From: a virus
Taxonomy: Duplodnaviria; Caudoviricetes
IMG/VR virus record: IMGVR_UViG_3300037511_000207
Span: 1 to 60,601 of that record
Length of the DNA stretch: 60,601 bases
Direction: 5' to 3' (one strand)
In this document: positions 28,636 to 41,027 of the stretch, in pieces
Numbering within the stretch: position 1 is the first letter of the stretch
Layout: every line of letters starts with the position of its first letter
The notes under the pieces: model-generated
Database searches by the model: none
What the model was told of the DNA's origin: nothing
The model's input: the letters and a program-made list of their open reading frames with translations, nothing else
Made by a program: the position numbers and the translations under genes

Positions 28636-30083
28636 GCCAGGTCGTCTAGGTCCGTCGCAGAGAACGCCGCCGACTTGAGCGCCACTGCTCGCACGAACCC
28701 CCCGCTCGACAGGAACCCCGCGCCGCCTGCCGTAGCATTCGGCGGCGCCCCGACGGCGAGCCGCGTGGGTGTCGTACTAGGAACACTGAGAGTCGCTTCC
28801 GCGCCATCCACAAGCAGGCGACGATTGAGTTGCACCTCAAGCGCCGTGCCGACGCGCGTGGCCTGGATCGCGTTCTCCTCCGTGCCAGACAGTTCGCTCG
28901 ACCAAACGGCACCGAATGAGTCGGCCTGCGCGCTGATGTTGACCTCCGTGCCCGCGTAAGCGCGGCTCGTGGTTGGGTGAAAGTCGAGGCCCTCGACGAA
29001 CGCGCTCGGCGCCACGAACGAGGAGAGCGCCGCGGGCGCTGGATCGTCGGCGCCGGCCATGATGGCCGCGAAGTCGTACTCCTCCACGAACCCAACGCCG
29101 CCCCACCGGATCAAGTGCAGGCGCCCCGTGAACGGACGATACGCCATATCCTGCACGCGGAGCCCAATCCGGAACCGACGCACAGCTGCGGCAATGCTCA
29201 CGGGAGTGCCGGCGGCGCTCGCCGGAAACACGTAGGCGCGCGGCGTGCCAGATGACTGCGTTGCACCGAGCACGACATAATCCACACCCCCTGCGCTCGC
29301 GAACGCCACCATGCTGACTGGCACGTCGCCTGTGTCCCACGCACCAGACTCCGTCACAACGCCACTCGCAAACGTGGCTGTCACGTCGAGGCGGCGCACC
29401 TCGTCAAACCCCGTCGCCGCCGCGGTGCACTGAAACCAGACATCGCCATTCGGCGCACGGTGCATCGAATTGATGATCGTGTGCAAGGAACTCAGCGCAC
29501 GCCCTGTGATCTCTCCGGTGGTGAGGTTCATGCGGTACAACGCGCAGGGTTCCTTGCAGGCAAACAACAGCGTGTTATCGTCGAGGAAACACACACACTG
29601 CAGTGGAGGCGGCACACCAGCGATCTTCTCGGGTACGCGCCGCTCGAATCGCCAGCCCACACGAGCGAGATCAATCTCGACCGCGCTACCCCCGCTCAAG
29701 GCGCGCAGGCGCACCACCGTTGCGACATTCGCGACCGTCGCGCACAACTCCAGCTTGGGGGCTGTGCCCGTACTGTTCGTGACTGAGACCGCCGTTTCGC
29801 GCACGTCCAGCCCTGCTGCGACAGTGGCCGGCGGACGCACGCGCGCAAACAGCGCGAGGTCCGCTGCTGCGTTCTGGGCCCATGCAGGGAGCACGCCAGA
29901 CAGTTTGGCGTTCGTGCCATTGCCAATGAACCCCGAAGCGCCGATTGGCGTCGGGTTGGCGGCGAGGCCTGCAAGGGCGTTAGTGCCGTTGGTGTCAGAG
30001 AGATTTGAAGTAAGCGGCCACACTACGAGTTCAGCGGCAGGCGGGACAGGCGGATCTTCCGGATCTTCGGGGTCCGTGTTCAG
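28632..30083 (-). CDS. Tail fibre extension (beta-rich, propeller-like), in frame after the UAG of 30084..32033
   Basis: Frame is open from the codon after TAG; begins with linker LNTDPEDPEDPPVPP; first possible start is GTG 30023. Confidence 0.7.
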   Translation of the reverse strand: MNTDPEDPEDPPVPPAAELVVWPLTSNLSDTNGTNALAGLAANPTPIGASGFIGNGTNAKLSGVLPAWAQNAAADLALFARVRPPATVAAGLDVRETAVSVTNSTGTAPKLELCATVANVATVVRLRALSGGSAVEIDLARVGWRFERRVPEKIAGVPPPLQCVCFLDDNTLLFACKEPCALYRMNLTTGEITGRALSSLHTIINSMHRAPNGDVWFQCTAAATGFDEVRRLDVTATFASGVVTESGAWDTGDVPVSMVAFASAGGVDYVVLGATQSSGTPRAYVFPASAAGTPVSIAAAVRRFRIGLRVQDMAYRPFTGRLHLIRWGGVGFVEEYDFAAIMAGADDPAPAALSSFVAPSAFVEGLDFHPTTSRAYAGTEVNISAQADSFGAVWSSELSGTEENAIQATRVGTALEVQLNRRLLVDGAEATLSVPSTTPTRLAVGAPPNATAGGAGFLSSGGFVRAVALKSAAFSATDLDDLA

Positions 30084-32033
<1,950 letters not shown>

Positions 32034-32034
32034 T

Positions 32035-33201
32035 TTAGTTCACGTCTCCGGTGAGCACGATGTTGCTGGCATCCAGCTGCGCGATCTGCGTGCTCTCGAT
32101 CACGATGTTGCCGACGCCAACGGGGCTCGGTGCCGTGCCGATGGTGAAGCTGTCGAAGTCGTCCACGCCGTCGATGAACACCGCGGCACTCAGCTTGTTG
32201 TACTTCACGTCCCCGCCGATGGCGGTCGGCATGGCCGCCACGATGGCGGTCTTGACATCCGCCGCGCTTACGCCGGTGGCGCTCACGATGTCCGCGCTCA
32301 CGTAGATGTCCACCACCTCCGCACGCGAAAACGCTCTCGTGACGGGGGCGCCGTCGGTGCGCGTCGCGGTGCCGGTCTCGTCGCCCACGACCGCGATCCC
32401 CGCGGGGGCTGTCTCGAAGATGGCCTGCGCGATGTCGTCCGCCGCCACGGCGCCCGGGTCGCCATCCCACACCACCACACGGATGCTGTGCGCGGGCAGA
32501 TCGCCCACCGGCGCGTTCGTGGCGTTCTCTTCCACCAGGCACTCGATCACGCCGTCAATCTCGAGCACGTCCGCGCGGATGGCGTCCACGGTCGCGCTGC
32601 CGCCAACCGCGAGCTCCTCCTGGCGACGCAACCTGAGCTCCTCGATCGTCTCTTCGTCGCGCCCCGGGGTGGCGTCCTCCGCGTTCGTGGCGGTGTTGAA
32701 GCCCTCGATCGGGCTGGCGATCACTGTCAGCGTGCCGGCGGCCGCCACGAAGTCCGACCCCGTGCCGTCACTGAGAAACACGACGTCGTAATCCCCCGCC
32801 GTGGTCGTCTCGACGACGTCCCGGTTCACCCAGCGATTGGTGGGTTCGTTGAGCACGTGCACCACCAGGTCGCCGGCGGCAAACACCGTGCTGGCCTCAA
32901 GGTTGCACGTCTCGGTGACAGAACCCGGCTGTGCCGGCTTGCGCTCGGTGCCGGTCAGCAGCGCCAGGGCCACGAGGCGGTCGTCCGTGGCGTTGTCCGG
33001 GTCGACACCATTGTAGGCCTCCTCCAAAATTTCATGCGCTTGTGCCAGATGGTCTGCGAAGATATTGACAATGTTGCCAATCACAGTGGACTCTGAAATG
33101 TCCAACTGCGCAGAGACGGTGCCTCTCAAATCTGAGGCAATGGCAGCAACCAAATCGGCTTGCACGGGTCGTTCAAACCCAGTCTCGGTAATTACGCTCA
33201 T
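32035..33201 (-). CDS. Baseplate J-like protein
   Basis: [34 protein letters not shown]. Confidence 0.9.
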   Translation of the reverse strand: MSVITETGFERPVQADLVAAIASDLRGTVSAQLDISESTVIGNIVNIFADHLAQAHEILEEAYNGVDPDNATDDRLVALALLTGTERKPAQPGSVTETCNLEASTVFAAGDLVVHVLNEPTNRWVNRDVVETTTAGDYDVVFLSDGTGSDFVAAAGTLTVIASPIEGFNTATNAEDATPGRDEETIEELRLRRQEELAVGGSATVDAIRADVLEIDGVIECLVEENATNAPVGDLPAHSIRVVVWDGDPGAVAADDIAQAIFETAPAGIAVVGDETGTATRTDGAPVTRAFSRAEVVDIYVSADIVSATGVSAADVKTAIVAAMPTAIGGDVKYNKLSAAVFIDGVDDFDSFTIGTAPSPVGVGNIVIESTQIAQLDASNIVLTGDVN

Positions 33202-33833
33202 GCGGCCTCTCTTTTGGTCGCCCACCTTTTCAGTGCGGCTTGCCGAATAGCTTCACAATGTTCGGCGCTTCGAACGCGCCCTTTTAAGGCGGCACTTAGC
33301 TTTTGCCTAACCTCTTCAGTCGGGCTCTTTCCCGACACGCCTAGTCGTGCACGGCGCATGTTTTCCCGATGTTCGGGGGTGAACTTCACACCCAAACGCG
33401 CCTTCCGAATGTTTTCCTTGTGCGCGGCCGTAAGTGCACGACCGCGCAAACTGGCGCCGACTTTCGCAACAGTGTCTGCATCTCTGGTCCTGCCGAGCTT
33501 TGATTCTCGAATCGCCTGTCGATGCTCTGGACTGTTCTTCCGACCTATGGTGCCTTCTCCCCCGCGCGTCTCATTGAAGGCAGCTGCCAAATGCTTGATC
33601 AACGCAATTTCAACGAGCCTGGCTACGCTGACATTCTCACACCAACCGAGAATCTCAAACACGAACAGGTCATAGCCGTACTTCCTCAACGTTCTTGCGA
33701 ACCGAGTGTTCGACCCGCGCTTGGCTGCAGCGAGGTGTTCTTTAAATCTGACCGCAGGGCGCTGCGTGATCCCCACATACCTACGCCCGGTTGATTTATG
33801 TGTGATCGTGTAAACTGCTGTGGTTGTGCTCAT
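33198..33833 (-). CDS. GIY-YIG homing endonuclease with NUMOD3 repeats
   Basis: VYTI...YVGIT...RFKEH; repeated H/SxEH/TRxKI motifs. Confidence 0.88.
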   Translation of the reverse strand: MSTTTAVYTITHKSTGRRYVGITQRPAVRFKEHLAAAKRGSNTRFARTLRKYGYDLFVFEILGWCENVSVARLVEIALIKHLAAAFNETRGGEGTIGRKNSPEHRQAIRESKLGRTRDADTVAKVGASLRGRALTAAHKENIRKARLGVKFTPEHRENMRRARLGVSGKSPTEEVRQKLSAALKGRVRSAEHCEAIRQAALKRWATKREAA

Positions 33834-34213
33834 GTCACCACCTGGAAATCGAGCACGTCTCGGATCACCTCGCTGGTGTCCGTCAGGCACTCGAACCGAA
33901 CGTTCACTGTAGCAGAAGTGCGGTCAAATTCCACCACCAGGCTCTGGATTGACAGCACCCCCGGCGTCTGGGAAATGAGCTCCTGGAAGCGCCGCCGCAC
34001 GAGCTCGACGCTGGCGCCCGACGCGAGGATCTCCTGGAAGTAGGGCACGCCGACGTTGCGATCATAGCGCCAGCTGCCCTTGAAGATACCCGCGCGCGCC
34101 TTGATAGACTGCGCCACTTTGGCTGCGCCGGAGATCAGTTGCAGGTCGCGGCCGTCCTCGGTCAGCGCCACATCCCCGCGGACCGGGAACCCGCGGTTGA
34201 ATCCGTTCGGCAT
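33830..34213 (-). CDS. Baseplate wedge (gp25/gp46-like)
   Basis: FKGSWRYDRNVGVPY...TPGV. Confidence 0.75.
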   Translation of the reverse strand: MPNGFNRGFPVRGDVALTEDGRDLQLISGAAKVAQSIKARAGIFKGSWRYDRNVGVPYFQEILASGASVELVRRRFQELISQTPGVLSIQSLVVEFDRTSATVNVRFECLTDTSEVIRDVLDFQVVT

Positions 34214-34364
34214 CAGGAGAGCCCCCCAAACCACCAGAGCAACACGATCACGGCCGCCAGCGCTGCTACCGCCAGCGCGTCCGCTGCCAGTCCACGCACT
34301 CGCGCGCGCCAGCCAGGCCGCCCGCGCGCCGCGCCGACCGACCAGAATCCGCCTGTATCCCTCA

Positions 34365-35015
34365 TCATGCCGCCTTCACCTTGGTTGCGTTGAAGTTATC
34401 GGGCCAGTTAGCGCTGCTCAGTGCTGTCCCCAAAGCCACCATGGCCGCCTTAAAAGCCGTGTCTGTGAGCGGAGCCCCAAGGGCGGGCAACGCCGCCGCC
34501 CACGTGTCGAAGACCGTCTTCCAGGTCGTTGGGCTGCTCTGCAGCACCACGGCCAATGCCGCCAAGTCGGACCCTAGGTGCACCTCACTGGCGGCCCCCA
34601 CCGTCACGTGCCCGCCGGTCACCGCCAGGGGGGCCCCTGCGCGACGGAAGCCCGGGATCGCTACCGCGTGCAGGCCGTGGCGCGCGAGCACCGCTGGCGC
34701 GCTCACAGAGCCTGTGGTGAACCACCGTGAGAAGTCTTCCTCACAGAAGACCACCAGCACGGTATCGCCGCCATCGAGCGGCACGTGCACGAAGCCCGCG
34801 GCGCCCCCTGGCCAACACACGGGCACGTCGGCGAGCGGCGGCACATTCTGGCCGCGCAACTGCACCGCGAGCTGCACGGTGGCGGTCTGTTTGGCGACGT
34901 CGTAGGCCTTCACCACGCCCGGCAGGCTCGTGTGGATCCTAGCGGCCAGGCTGTCCTGCACCCCGCGCAGGATCTCCGGCCACTCGGGCTCGTCAATCGT
35001 GCTGAACGCGCTCAC
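34365..35015 (-). CDS. Baseplate spike (Gp138-like)
   Basis: HTSLPGVV..YD, DVPV, GDTVLVVF, RHGL..AIPG. Confidence 0.8.
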   Translation of the reverse strand: MSAFSTIDEPEWPEILRGVQDSLAARIHTSLPGVVKAYDVAKQTATVQLAVQLRGQNVPPLADVPVCWPGGAAGFVHVPLDGGDTVLVVFCEEDFSRWFTTGSVSAPAVLARHGLHAVAIPGFRRAGAPLAVTGGHVTVGAASEVHLGSDLAALAVVLQSSPTTWKTVFDTWAAALPALGAPLTDTAFKAAMVALGTALSSANWPDNFNATKVKAA

Positions 35016-36052
35016 CGCGCCACCTGCTTGAAGCCGACATCGCCAAGTGCTGCGGCAAGCACGGCCGCCTTGCTGCCGGGCGCCGGCGGCGAGCCCACGA
35101 ACTCGACGCTCCAATCTGGACCGTCGCTAGACCCCTTGTGCTGCGTCTTCGAGCACAGGAAGTTCCCCGTGACCCGGGACGATTCCACTCGGAAGACGCG
35201 ACCCGGAAGCAGATCCGCATTCAGGAGCGCGCGCCCCACGAGCTTGCCGTTCTTGTCGATCTGCGGCGTGTCGAGCAACCCGGTGTCGGGCGTCAGGAGC
35301 GGACCCTGCCCCGGGAACGTGGGTGTGCCGACCGGGCCAGCGTAGAAGTTGCCGTCGGCGATACTCCACTCGAACCCGCATGAGCGCATCAGCTGCTCGA
35401 GCTCGGTCGCGCTGTCGCCATGCATCGTGAGCGCCTTGGGTAACGTCTGGCCGCCTGTGAGCAGGCCGGACACCTCGAGCGCGTGCAGCGTGTTTTCCAG
35501 ACCTCCCTTCCCCACCCCCAGCGTGCCCACAAGCTCCCGCACGACCGCGGTAATCGGTGTGCCCGCCACGAAGGTCTTGCTGATCTTGGCGGTCGTGATG
35601 CTGTGCTCCGCGTCGCCGCCGCTGATCTGCGTCAACCAGTCGGGGCCCTGCTTCCACGAAGACACCTTGCGGAGCACGCCGAAGAAGATCTGACCGACGT
35701 GCTCACCGTACCCGGCCTCAATCCGCACGACCACACCCTCGGCATCCGCTGGTGCGAACGCCACGCCGGCCTTGGCTTTCTGGGGCTTCTTGCGCACCGT
35801 GCTCGACAACTTGTGCCGCGGCAGCTTGGCGGCGCCCTGCCCGAAACCGCCCGAGAGCTCCTCGAGCTCGGCGCGCGTGTCCGCGTTCAGGTTGTAGAGC
35901 AACACGTTGGCGTTGTTCGGGGTCAGGGTCTTGTCACGCTGCACGCTGAAGCTGAACGACAGCGGACGGACGTCGTCGACCGAACCGAACTGCTTGTCGG
36001 CGATCGTGATGCGGAACGAGCGCCTGAACAGCGCGTCGGGTGAGAGCGCCAT
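35012..36052 (-). CDS. Baseplate hub protein
   Basis: PNNA...YNL, IEAGY, IFFG, WSIADG, TGLLDTP. Confidence 0.8.
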   Translation of the reverse strand: MALSPDALFRRSFRITIADKQFGSVDDVRPLSFSFSVQRDKTLTPNNANVLLYNLNADTRAELEELSGGFGQGAAKLPRHKLSSTVRKKPQKAKAGVAFAPADAEGVVVRIEAGYGEHVGQIFFGVLRKVSSWKQGPDWLTQISGGDAEHSITTAKISKTFVAGTPITAVVRELVGTLGVGKGGLENTLHALEVSGLLTGGQTLPKALTMHGDSATELEQLMRSCGFEWSIADGNFYAGPVGTPTFPGQGPLLTPDTGLLDTPQIDKNGKLVGRALLNADLLPGRVFRVESSRVTGNFLCSKTQHKGSSDGPDWSVEFVGSPPAPGSKAAVLAAALGDVGFKQVAR

Positions 36053-36240
36053 GGCCTACTCCACCGCCGCGGGCAGCAAGAAAGCGTGCGTCCAGGTGCC
36101 GAAGCCGTCGGCTTCATGTCCGAACCGGACCGTTGCCTCCGGCGAGAACTCCCACAACCCGGAATACCAGTCGTAGTCCAAGTAATGCATGTACGGCGCC
36201 GGATACTCCAGCACGGGCCAACCTGCGTTCGTGTTCTGAC

Positions 36241-36639
36241 TCACAGATCCTCCAGGCTGGTCACGCCTGCGTCGGCGTTCTCTTGCGCGGTGGTGCTCTC
36301 GGTGTAGTAGAGCCGGCAACGTCCGTCGGGGCCGCCCAGGTCATACAGCCCTGGCAGCGCGAGCACGCCGCCCTCGGGCGGATCCGCGAGATTCATGGCC
36401 CACAGAATGCCTGGCGGGCGCTCCGCGACCGTCGAGCGCCGAAGCAGGTCCTGAAACCCGCAGAGGATCAACTGACCGCTCACGATGCGCACGCCGTCGA
36501 GCGTGGCCAGGTCGAAGCTCCACGCATTGCGGCGCTCGCCGAACCGAAACGTGAACAAGTAGTCGACGCCCTCGAGGGCGGTGCGCTGCGTGTAATGCGG
36601 CGTGCCGTCGGTGCGGGTCGGGATTTCAAGGACAGCCAT
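36241..36639 (-). CDS. Baseplate-associated protein
   Basis: Synteny; QRTALEGVDY...W.FDL. Confidence 0.6.
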   Translation of the reverse strand: MAVLEIPTRTDGTPHYTQRTALEGVDYLFTFRFGERRNAWSFDLATLDGVRIVSGQLILCGFQDLLRRSTVAERPPGILWAMNLADPPEGGVLALPGLYDLGGPDGRCRLYYTESTTAQENADAGVTSLEDL

Positions 36640-37481
36640 TACTGCGGCACCCCAAAAAGCTTGTCGATACCTTTGGCGCCTCGCTTGAGGAATGTCTTCC
36701 CCCGCTTTTTCGGATCCGGGTCGGGGGTCTTGGTCGGCGTGTTGCCCTTCTTGACGGCGGGCAGCGCTCGGAAGTCGGCGGGATCAGGCAGCGCCACCAC
36801 GGTACCTGTGACGGCCCGGAACGCGCGGGCCTCCACCTTGAACCGGCCCATGCCGCCTTCCTTCGGCCCCTGACTGAGCTCGACCGACGTCAGCAGATAG
36901 TCGAGGTACAGGCGCCCCTTGAACGAGACCGTCACCAGGAGCCCGGTGTTCATGATCTCGATCAGCGTGTCGAACGTGTCATTGACTCGATCGACCGGAC
37001 CGCCCGTGGCCTGCAGCACGCGCACCTGTAGCTTGCTGGTCGTGACCTTCGTCGTCGAACCCTGCATCGTGGTCGGGGTCTCTTCGCTACCGCCGAACAC
37101 CTCGGCCAACACGTTGCGAATCCCGGTCGACAGTGCCAAGAAGCCGCCAGGGCGGAACTGGCTCTTGCGTACGTTGATGGGAATCACGGCCGGCGCGAAC
37201 GAGCGCGCCTGCACCTCGATGTCGAGCGTAGCCGGCTCAAACCCGCCGGTGGCGAGCGGCGCCATGGGGGTCTGGGACACGACCAGCTCAAAGTTGAGGG
37301 ACTCCGGCTTGATGACGATGTGGTCCGTCACAACTGAACCGGTCTCGACGACGTGATCTGTCAACTGCGCAGTGCGCTTGTCCGTGGTGCTCATGACCAC
37401 GTCCACATCGAGCGTGTTCACGTTGCCAGCGGCGTCGAGCCAACTGAACAAGCTGTCCGCAATGGCTTCGCTGGCACTCAT
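36639..37481 (-). CDS. Tail tube initiator/Dit-like protein
   Basis: TDHVVETGSVVTDHI; follows the tape measure gene. Confidence 0.7.
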   Translation of the reverse strand: MSASEAIADSLFSWLDAAGNVNTLDVDVVMSTTDKRTAQLTDHVVETGSVVTDHIVIKPESLNFELVVSQTPMAPLATGGFEPATLDIEVQARSFAPAVIPINVRKSQFRPGGFLALSTGIRNVLAEVFGGSEETPTTMQGSTTKVTTSKLQVRVLQATGGPVDRVNDTFDTLIEIMNTGLLVTVSFKGRLYLDYLLTSVELSQGPKEGGMGRFKVEARAFRAVTGTVVALPDPADFRALPAVKKGNTPTKTPDPDPKKRGKTFLKRGAKGIDKLFGVPQ

Positions 37482-39082
37482 GGCGACGCCACCCCGAAGC
37501 CCGCACCGATGGCGCTCCGATCACGCCCGCCGAAGACATCGGCCGTGGCGCGCCCGGTCTGCGTCGCGATGTCACGCGCCACCGGGGCGTCGGCGTTGCC
37601 CTGGACCGTGATGTTGTTGTTGATCTCCACCGGCGTCATGTTCTGGTTGCCGTACGGGCTGCGGAATGATGTCGGGGCGGTTGGCTCAATCGGCGCCCAT
37701 GCCGGTGCGGTACTGGGGCCTGTGGTGCCGGCAAGCGGCGCACCTGTCTCGGGATCAATGCCGGCGTTCCGTCGAGCTGCATAGATCTCGTCCTTGAATC
37801 CGGTCACGTCGGCAATCCAGGCCAGGACGTCGGACTCATTCTGCGGTTTCCCGGTCACCGGATCGATTGGCTTCGCCTGCGGACCTGCAGCCTTCTCCTG
37901 GCCGAAGAAACTTTGGGCAAACTTCTCTTTGGCGTACGCCCAGACCTCGTCGATGGCGTTCATCATGGCTCGCTTGAAGCGCCATGCCGCCATCTCCAAC
38001 TCCTGTGAATCGCCCGCCAGCGCTGCGAACAACTTCCCGACGAGTCCAATCAACTCGTTGATTCCGTCGCGGACCTTTCCGATCTTCTCAGCGCCAAAGG
38101 CTGCCTCTAGGAAGTCCCCCAGCAGGCTCTCATCACCGCGCAAGAACCCGACCAGGTCTTCGAGAATCAGAAACAGCCCGATGAACGGCGCCGCCGCCGC
38201 GGCAACCGACACCGCCAGCCCGCCGAACACGTACGTCAGCGCACCCAGCGCGACGATCAGCCCAGCCACCACACTGTTCATCGCGCTGCCGTCCTTGACC
38301 CACTCCCGGATCCACAGCACGACCTTCTCGAGCGCGTCGATGATCGGAACGAAGTAGGGTTTCAGGCGCTTGATCAGTTGCAGCCAGGTGTTGCCCAGCA
38401 GGTCCGCCAGATTGCCGAAAGTCTTCTGCCGCTTGGCGAAGTCCTTGTCGAGCTCGTCACCGGCCTCGCGCACGGCATCGAACACCAGCTTGCTGTTGAT
38501 CTTGCCGGCCTTCGCCATCGCGAGCAGCGTTCCGGGGATGCCGCCGGCGGCCTTCTCGATGATGCGCGCGAGCACGGGCGCCTGTTCCTTGACAGACTTC
38601 AGGTCCTGGGCGGCTGCCTTGAAGTCCTTGCCGAACCCCTGCGCGAGCTGCACCGCCGCGCGATGTGCTTCCTGCGCGCTGGCGCCCGACAGGATCATGG
38701 CCTGCGTCACGCGCTTGGTGAAGTCGAGCACCTCTTCTTGGCTACGGCCCAGGCTCTCGGTCGCGAGCTGATACCGCAGGAAGCTGTCCGCCACATCGCT
38801 GACCGGGACGGCCACCTCGTCGGCGATGCGCTCGACGCCCTTCTGCGCGCTGAGAAACTCCTCAGTGCTGCTGGTGACGGCCTTCAGCTTGTTTTCAAGC
38901 GTGATGTACTCGTCGATGCTGTCGGTGAGCTTGCCGACACCGATGGCAGCCAGTGCGAACTGCGCGATGCGCGCAAGCCCATTGAACTGACTGATCAGCT
39001 TCTGGACGTTCTTCTGCGCGTCCAAAAGAGGTCCCTGATCAACGGTAACGTTGAACGCGACGAGGATGTCCCGAAGTGCGAT
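37478..39082 (-). CDS. Tape measure protein (apparent ATC start; first canonical start is TTG 39025)
   Basis: Tape-measure domain QLAQGF...DLKSVKEQAP; the frame reads IALRDILVAFNVTVD from 39082. Confidence 0.85.
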   Translation of the reverse strand: MALRDILVAFNVTVDQGPLLDAQKNVQKLISQFNGLARIAQFALAAIGVGKLTDSIDEYITLENKLKAVTSSTEEFLSAQKGVERIADEVAVPVSDVADSFLRYQLATESLGRSQEEVLDFTKRVTQAMILSGASAQEAHRAAVQLAQGFGKDFKAAAQDLKSVKEQAPVLARIIEKAAGGIPGTLLAMAKAGKINSKLVFDAVREAGDELDKDFAKRQKTFGNLADLLGNTWLQLIKRLKPYFVPIIDALEKVVLWIREWVKDGSAMNSVVAGLIVALGALTYVFGGLAVSVAAAAAPFIGLFLILEDLVGFLRGDESLLGDFLEAAFGAEKIGKVRDGINELIGLVGKLFAALAGDSQELEMAAWRFKRAMMNAIDEVWAYAKEKFAQSFFGQEKAAGPQAKPIDPVTGKPQNESDVLAWIADVTGFKDEIYAARRNAGIDPETGAPLAGTTGPSTAPAWAPIEPTAPTSFRSPYGNQNMTPVEINNNITVQGNADAPVARDIATQTGRATADVFGGRDRSAIGAGFGVASP

Positions 39083-39086
39083 ATGG

Positions 39087-39359
39087 CTATCCCGTCCTTC
39101 CTCTGCTGTTACGTTGGCGTTCCGCGTCCGCGCGCTGCTTCTCGGCTACTTCTTCGAAAGCGTCGATCACGCAATTCCACTGATCAAGATCGTCGAAGGT
39201 CCAGTGCTCGACGATCTCGTGGTAGGACTGCCCTCTCGACAACTCGTGGGTGCACACTCGAAAGATGGCCCACTCGACGTCGTCCGGGATGTTTAGGCGT
39301 TCGCCTTGCCCAGACCCGCCTTCGCCAGCATCCCGGCGAGCGGGCCGTTGCCTTTTAAA
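39087..39359 (-). CDS. Tail assembly chaperone, -1 frameshift extension (gpGT-like)
   Basis: No start of its own; reached by a -1 shift at T TTA AAA. Confidence 0.7.
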   Translation of the reverse strand, partial: FKRQRPARRDAGEGGSGQGERLNIPDDVEWAIFRVCTHELSRGQSYHEIVEHWTFDDLDQWNCVIDAFEEVAEKQRADAERQRNSRGRTG

Positions 39360-39709
39360 AAGGCCCCGTATTCGCCCTGCACGCACCGCACGATGTACTC
39401 GAGCAGCATGTCGGGGCGGCCACCGAAGACGTGCTCAGCGAGCGCGGGTACGAGCTCCGTGGGCGCATCGCGACCCGGGCCGGTGTACTTGGTGACCTTG
39501 ACGAAGGCGTCGAACAACTCATCCAGGCAGTCGAGGTTTTCCACGATGCGCTGCACGCTGTTGCCCACTTGCCCGTCGGGTGCATGGTGCGCCTCCGCCA
39601 GGGCCGGCAGCAACGTCTTGGCGAGCTGCTTGAACACAGCCAAGGACGTTTTGACCTTCAGGTTACCGACCCTGAAGGCGTACTCACCGATCTCAAAGTC
39701 GACGGCCAT
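39293..39709 (-). CDS. Tail assembly chaperone (gpG-like)
   Basis: Upstream of the tape measure gene; carries the slippery site. Confidence 0.75.
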   Translation of the reverse strand: MAVDFEIGEYAFRVGNLKVKTSLAVFKQLAKTLLPALAEAHHAPDGQVGNSVQRIVENLDCLDELFDAFVKVTKYTGPGRDAPTELVPALAEHVFGGRPDMLLEYIVRCVQGEYGAFLKGNGPLAGMLAKAGLGKANA

Positions 39710-40098
39710 GTCAGCTCCTTTCCACGGCGCCGGCGCGCACGACGCGACAGCCGAAGGTCAACTCCGGCGGCTTGCGCGGGCTGGCGTTCAACTCTGCGGC
39801 GATCGTCTGGCACACATCCGTTGTGACGACCTGCGCCACGTTGGCGAGTTGCGGCTGGCTACCGTCAGCGGGCCGCAGGAGCGCGAACAGAATCACGACA
39901 ACTTCGGCCATAGTCAGGGCCCTCCGCGGCGCGCGCCGGGCAGGTCCTGGCGCGCCTCGAAAACGAGACGCAACGCAGCCTCAGTGGCGGCGCGCACCGC
40001 GGCGGCGTCCTTGGACACCAACCCGTGCACGAGCTTGCCGGCCACGTCCACGACGGACGGCGCGGCGGACTGCAACAGCGCTAGAACTTCGACGACGC

Positions 40099-40371
40099 TC
40101 ACTTGCACGCCTCCTGGCTGCGCTGCAGCTCACTCATGATGTCCGGGTAGGACGGACACTCGGCGAACGGCACGAAGGTATCCCCGAGCCGACACTCGGT
40201 GTCCGCGCGCTCCTGCGCTCGCATGTCGGCGGCCGCGTAGCAGACCGCGCGGCTCGGCGAGACGGCGGCCGGCGTCGCCGCACCGCAGCCCCAGATCAGC
40301 ACCGCGAAGAACAGCACCACGGCCTGCACAACGCGACCCGCCGCGAGGCGGATAGTGTGGACGGCGTTCAC
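40099..40371 (-). CDS. Small lipoprotein
   Basis: Hydrophobic signal plus IWGC lipobox; one of four small ORFs at 39711-40526. Confidence 0.5.
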   Translation of the reverse strand: MNAVHTIRLAAGRVVQAVVLFFAVLIWGCGAATPAAVSPSRAVCYAAADMRAQERADTECRLGDTFVPFAECPSYPDIMSELQRSQEACK

Positions 40372-40559
40372 TGCCCGACCCCCGCATCGGGGCTGGGCGC
40401 GGGCGCGCTCGGCGGCACGGGCGCGCTCTCAGGCAGCGCCTCGAGCGCCTGCTGCGCAGCGGCGAGCAGCGCGAGCAGGGCGGCGAGGACGGCGGCGATT
40501 TTCTTTTTGGACGGAAACTTGATCATGGTGTGGTGGTCTCCCTTGCGGTCAGATGGCGG

Positions 40560-41000
40560 TCAATTTCCCCCAAGCACGAAGCTGCCCGGGGCGATCTTGG
40601 CAAAGAGCTTCCAGTTGACGTCGCCCTTCGTGACGCCCACGGTCTGCTCCGCCATGCTCATGATGCGGCACTGGTCGGTCTGAATCAGCGTGGAGCCCGA
40701 TTCGTCCTGGACGAGCAGCGGCAGGATGCCAGCGCCGTTGAAGGCCTTGCGGTCCGCGATGTGCATCGCGCTCAGCACTTCGTTGCACGAGCTCGTGCCC
40801 TTGAACGACAGCTCGATGTCGTAGCCGTCGTCGTTGGTGCCGCAGATGGCGTAGTGGCCGTCGGCGCCGGGGCCCTCGGTCACGTACGCATCGCCGCGCG
40901 GCGTGATTTTGAAGAACGGATCCGACCTGCCGTCCTCAAGCGGAACACCGCCAAGAATGACGCGGAAAACTTTGGATTCGAATGCGACCAGGCGTGACAT
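40560..41000 (-). CDS. Tail tube protein (DUF3277-like)
   Basis: 146 aa after the sheath gene; GADG, SSCNEVLS. Confidence 0.8.
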   Translation of the reverse strand: MSRLVAFESKVFRVILGGVPLEDGRSDPFFKITPRGDAYVTEGPGADGHYAICGTNDDGYDIELSFKGTSSCNEVLSAMHIADRKAFNGAGILPLLVQDESGSTLIQTDQCRIMSMAEQTVGVTKGDVNWKLFAKIAPGSFVLGGN

Positions 41001-41027
41001 GCTGCGTGGATTCCTTCAGGGGTCAGA

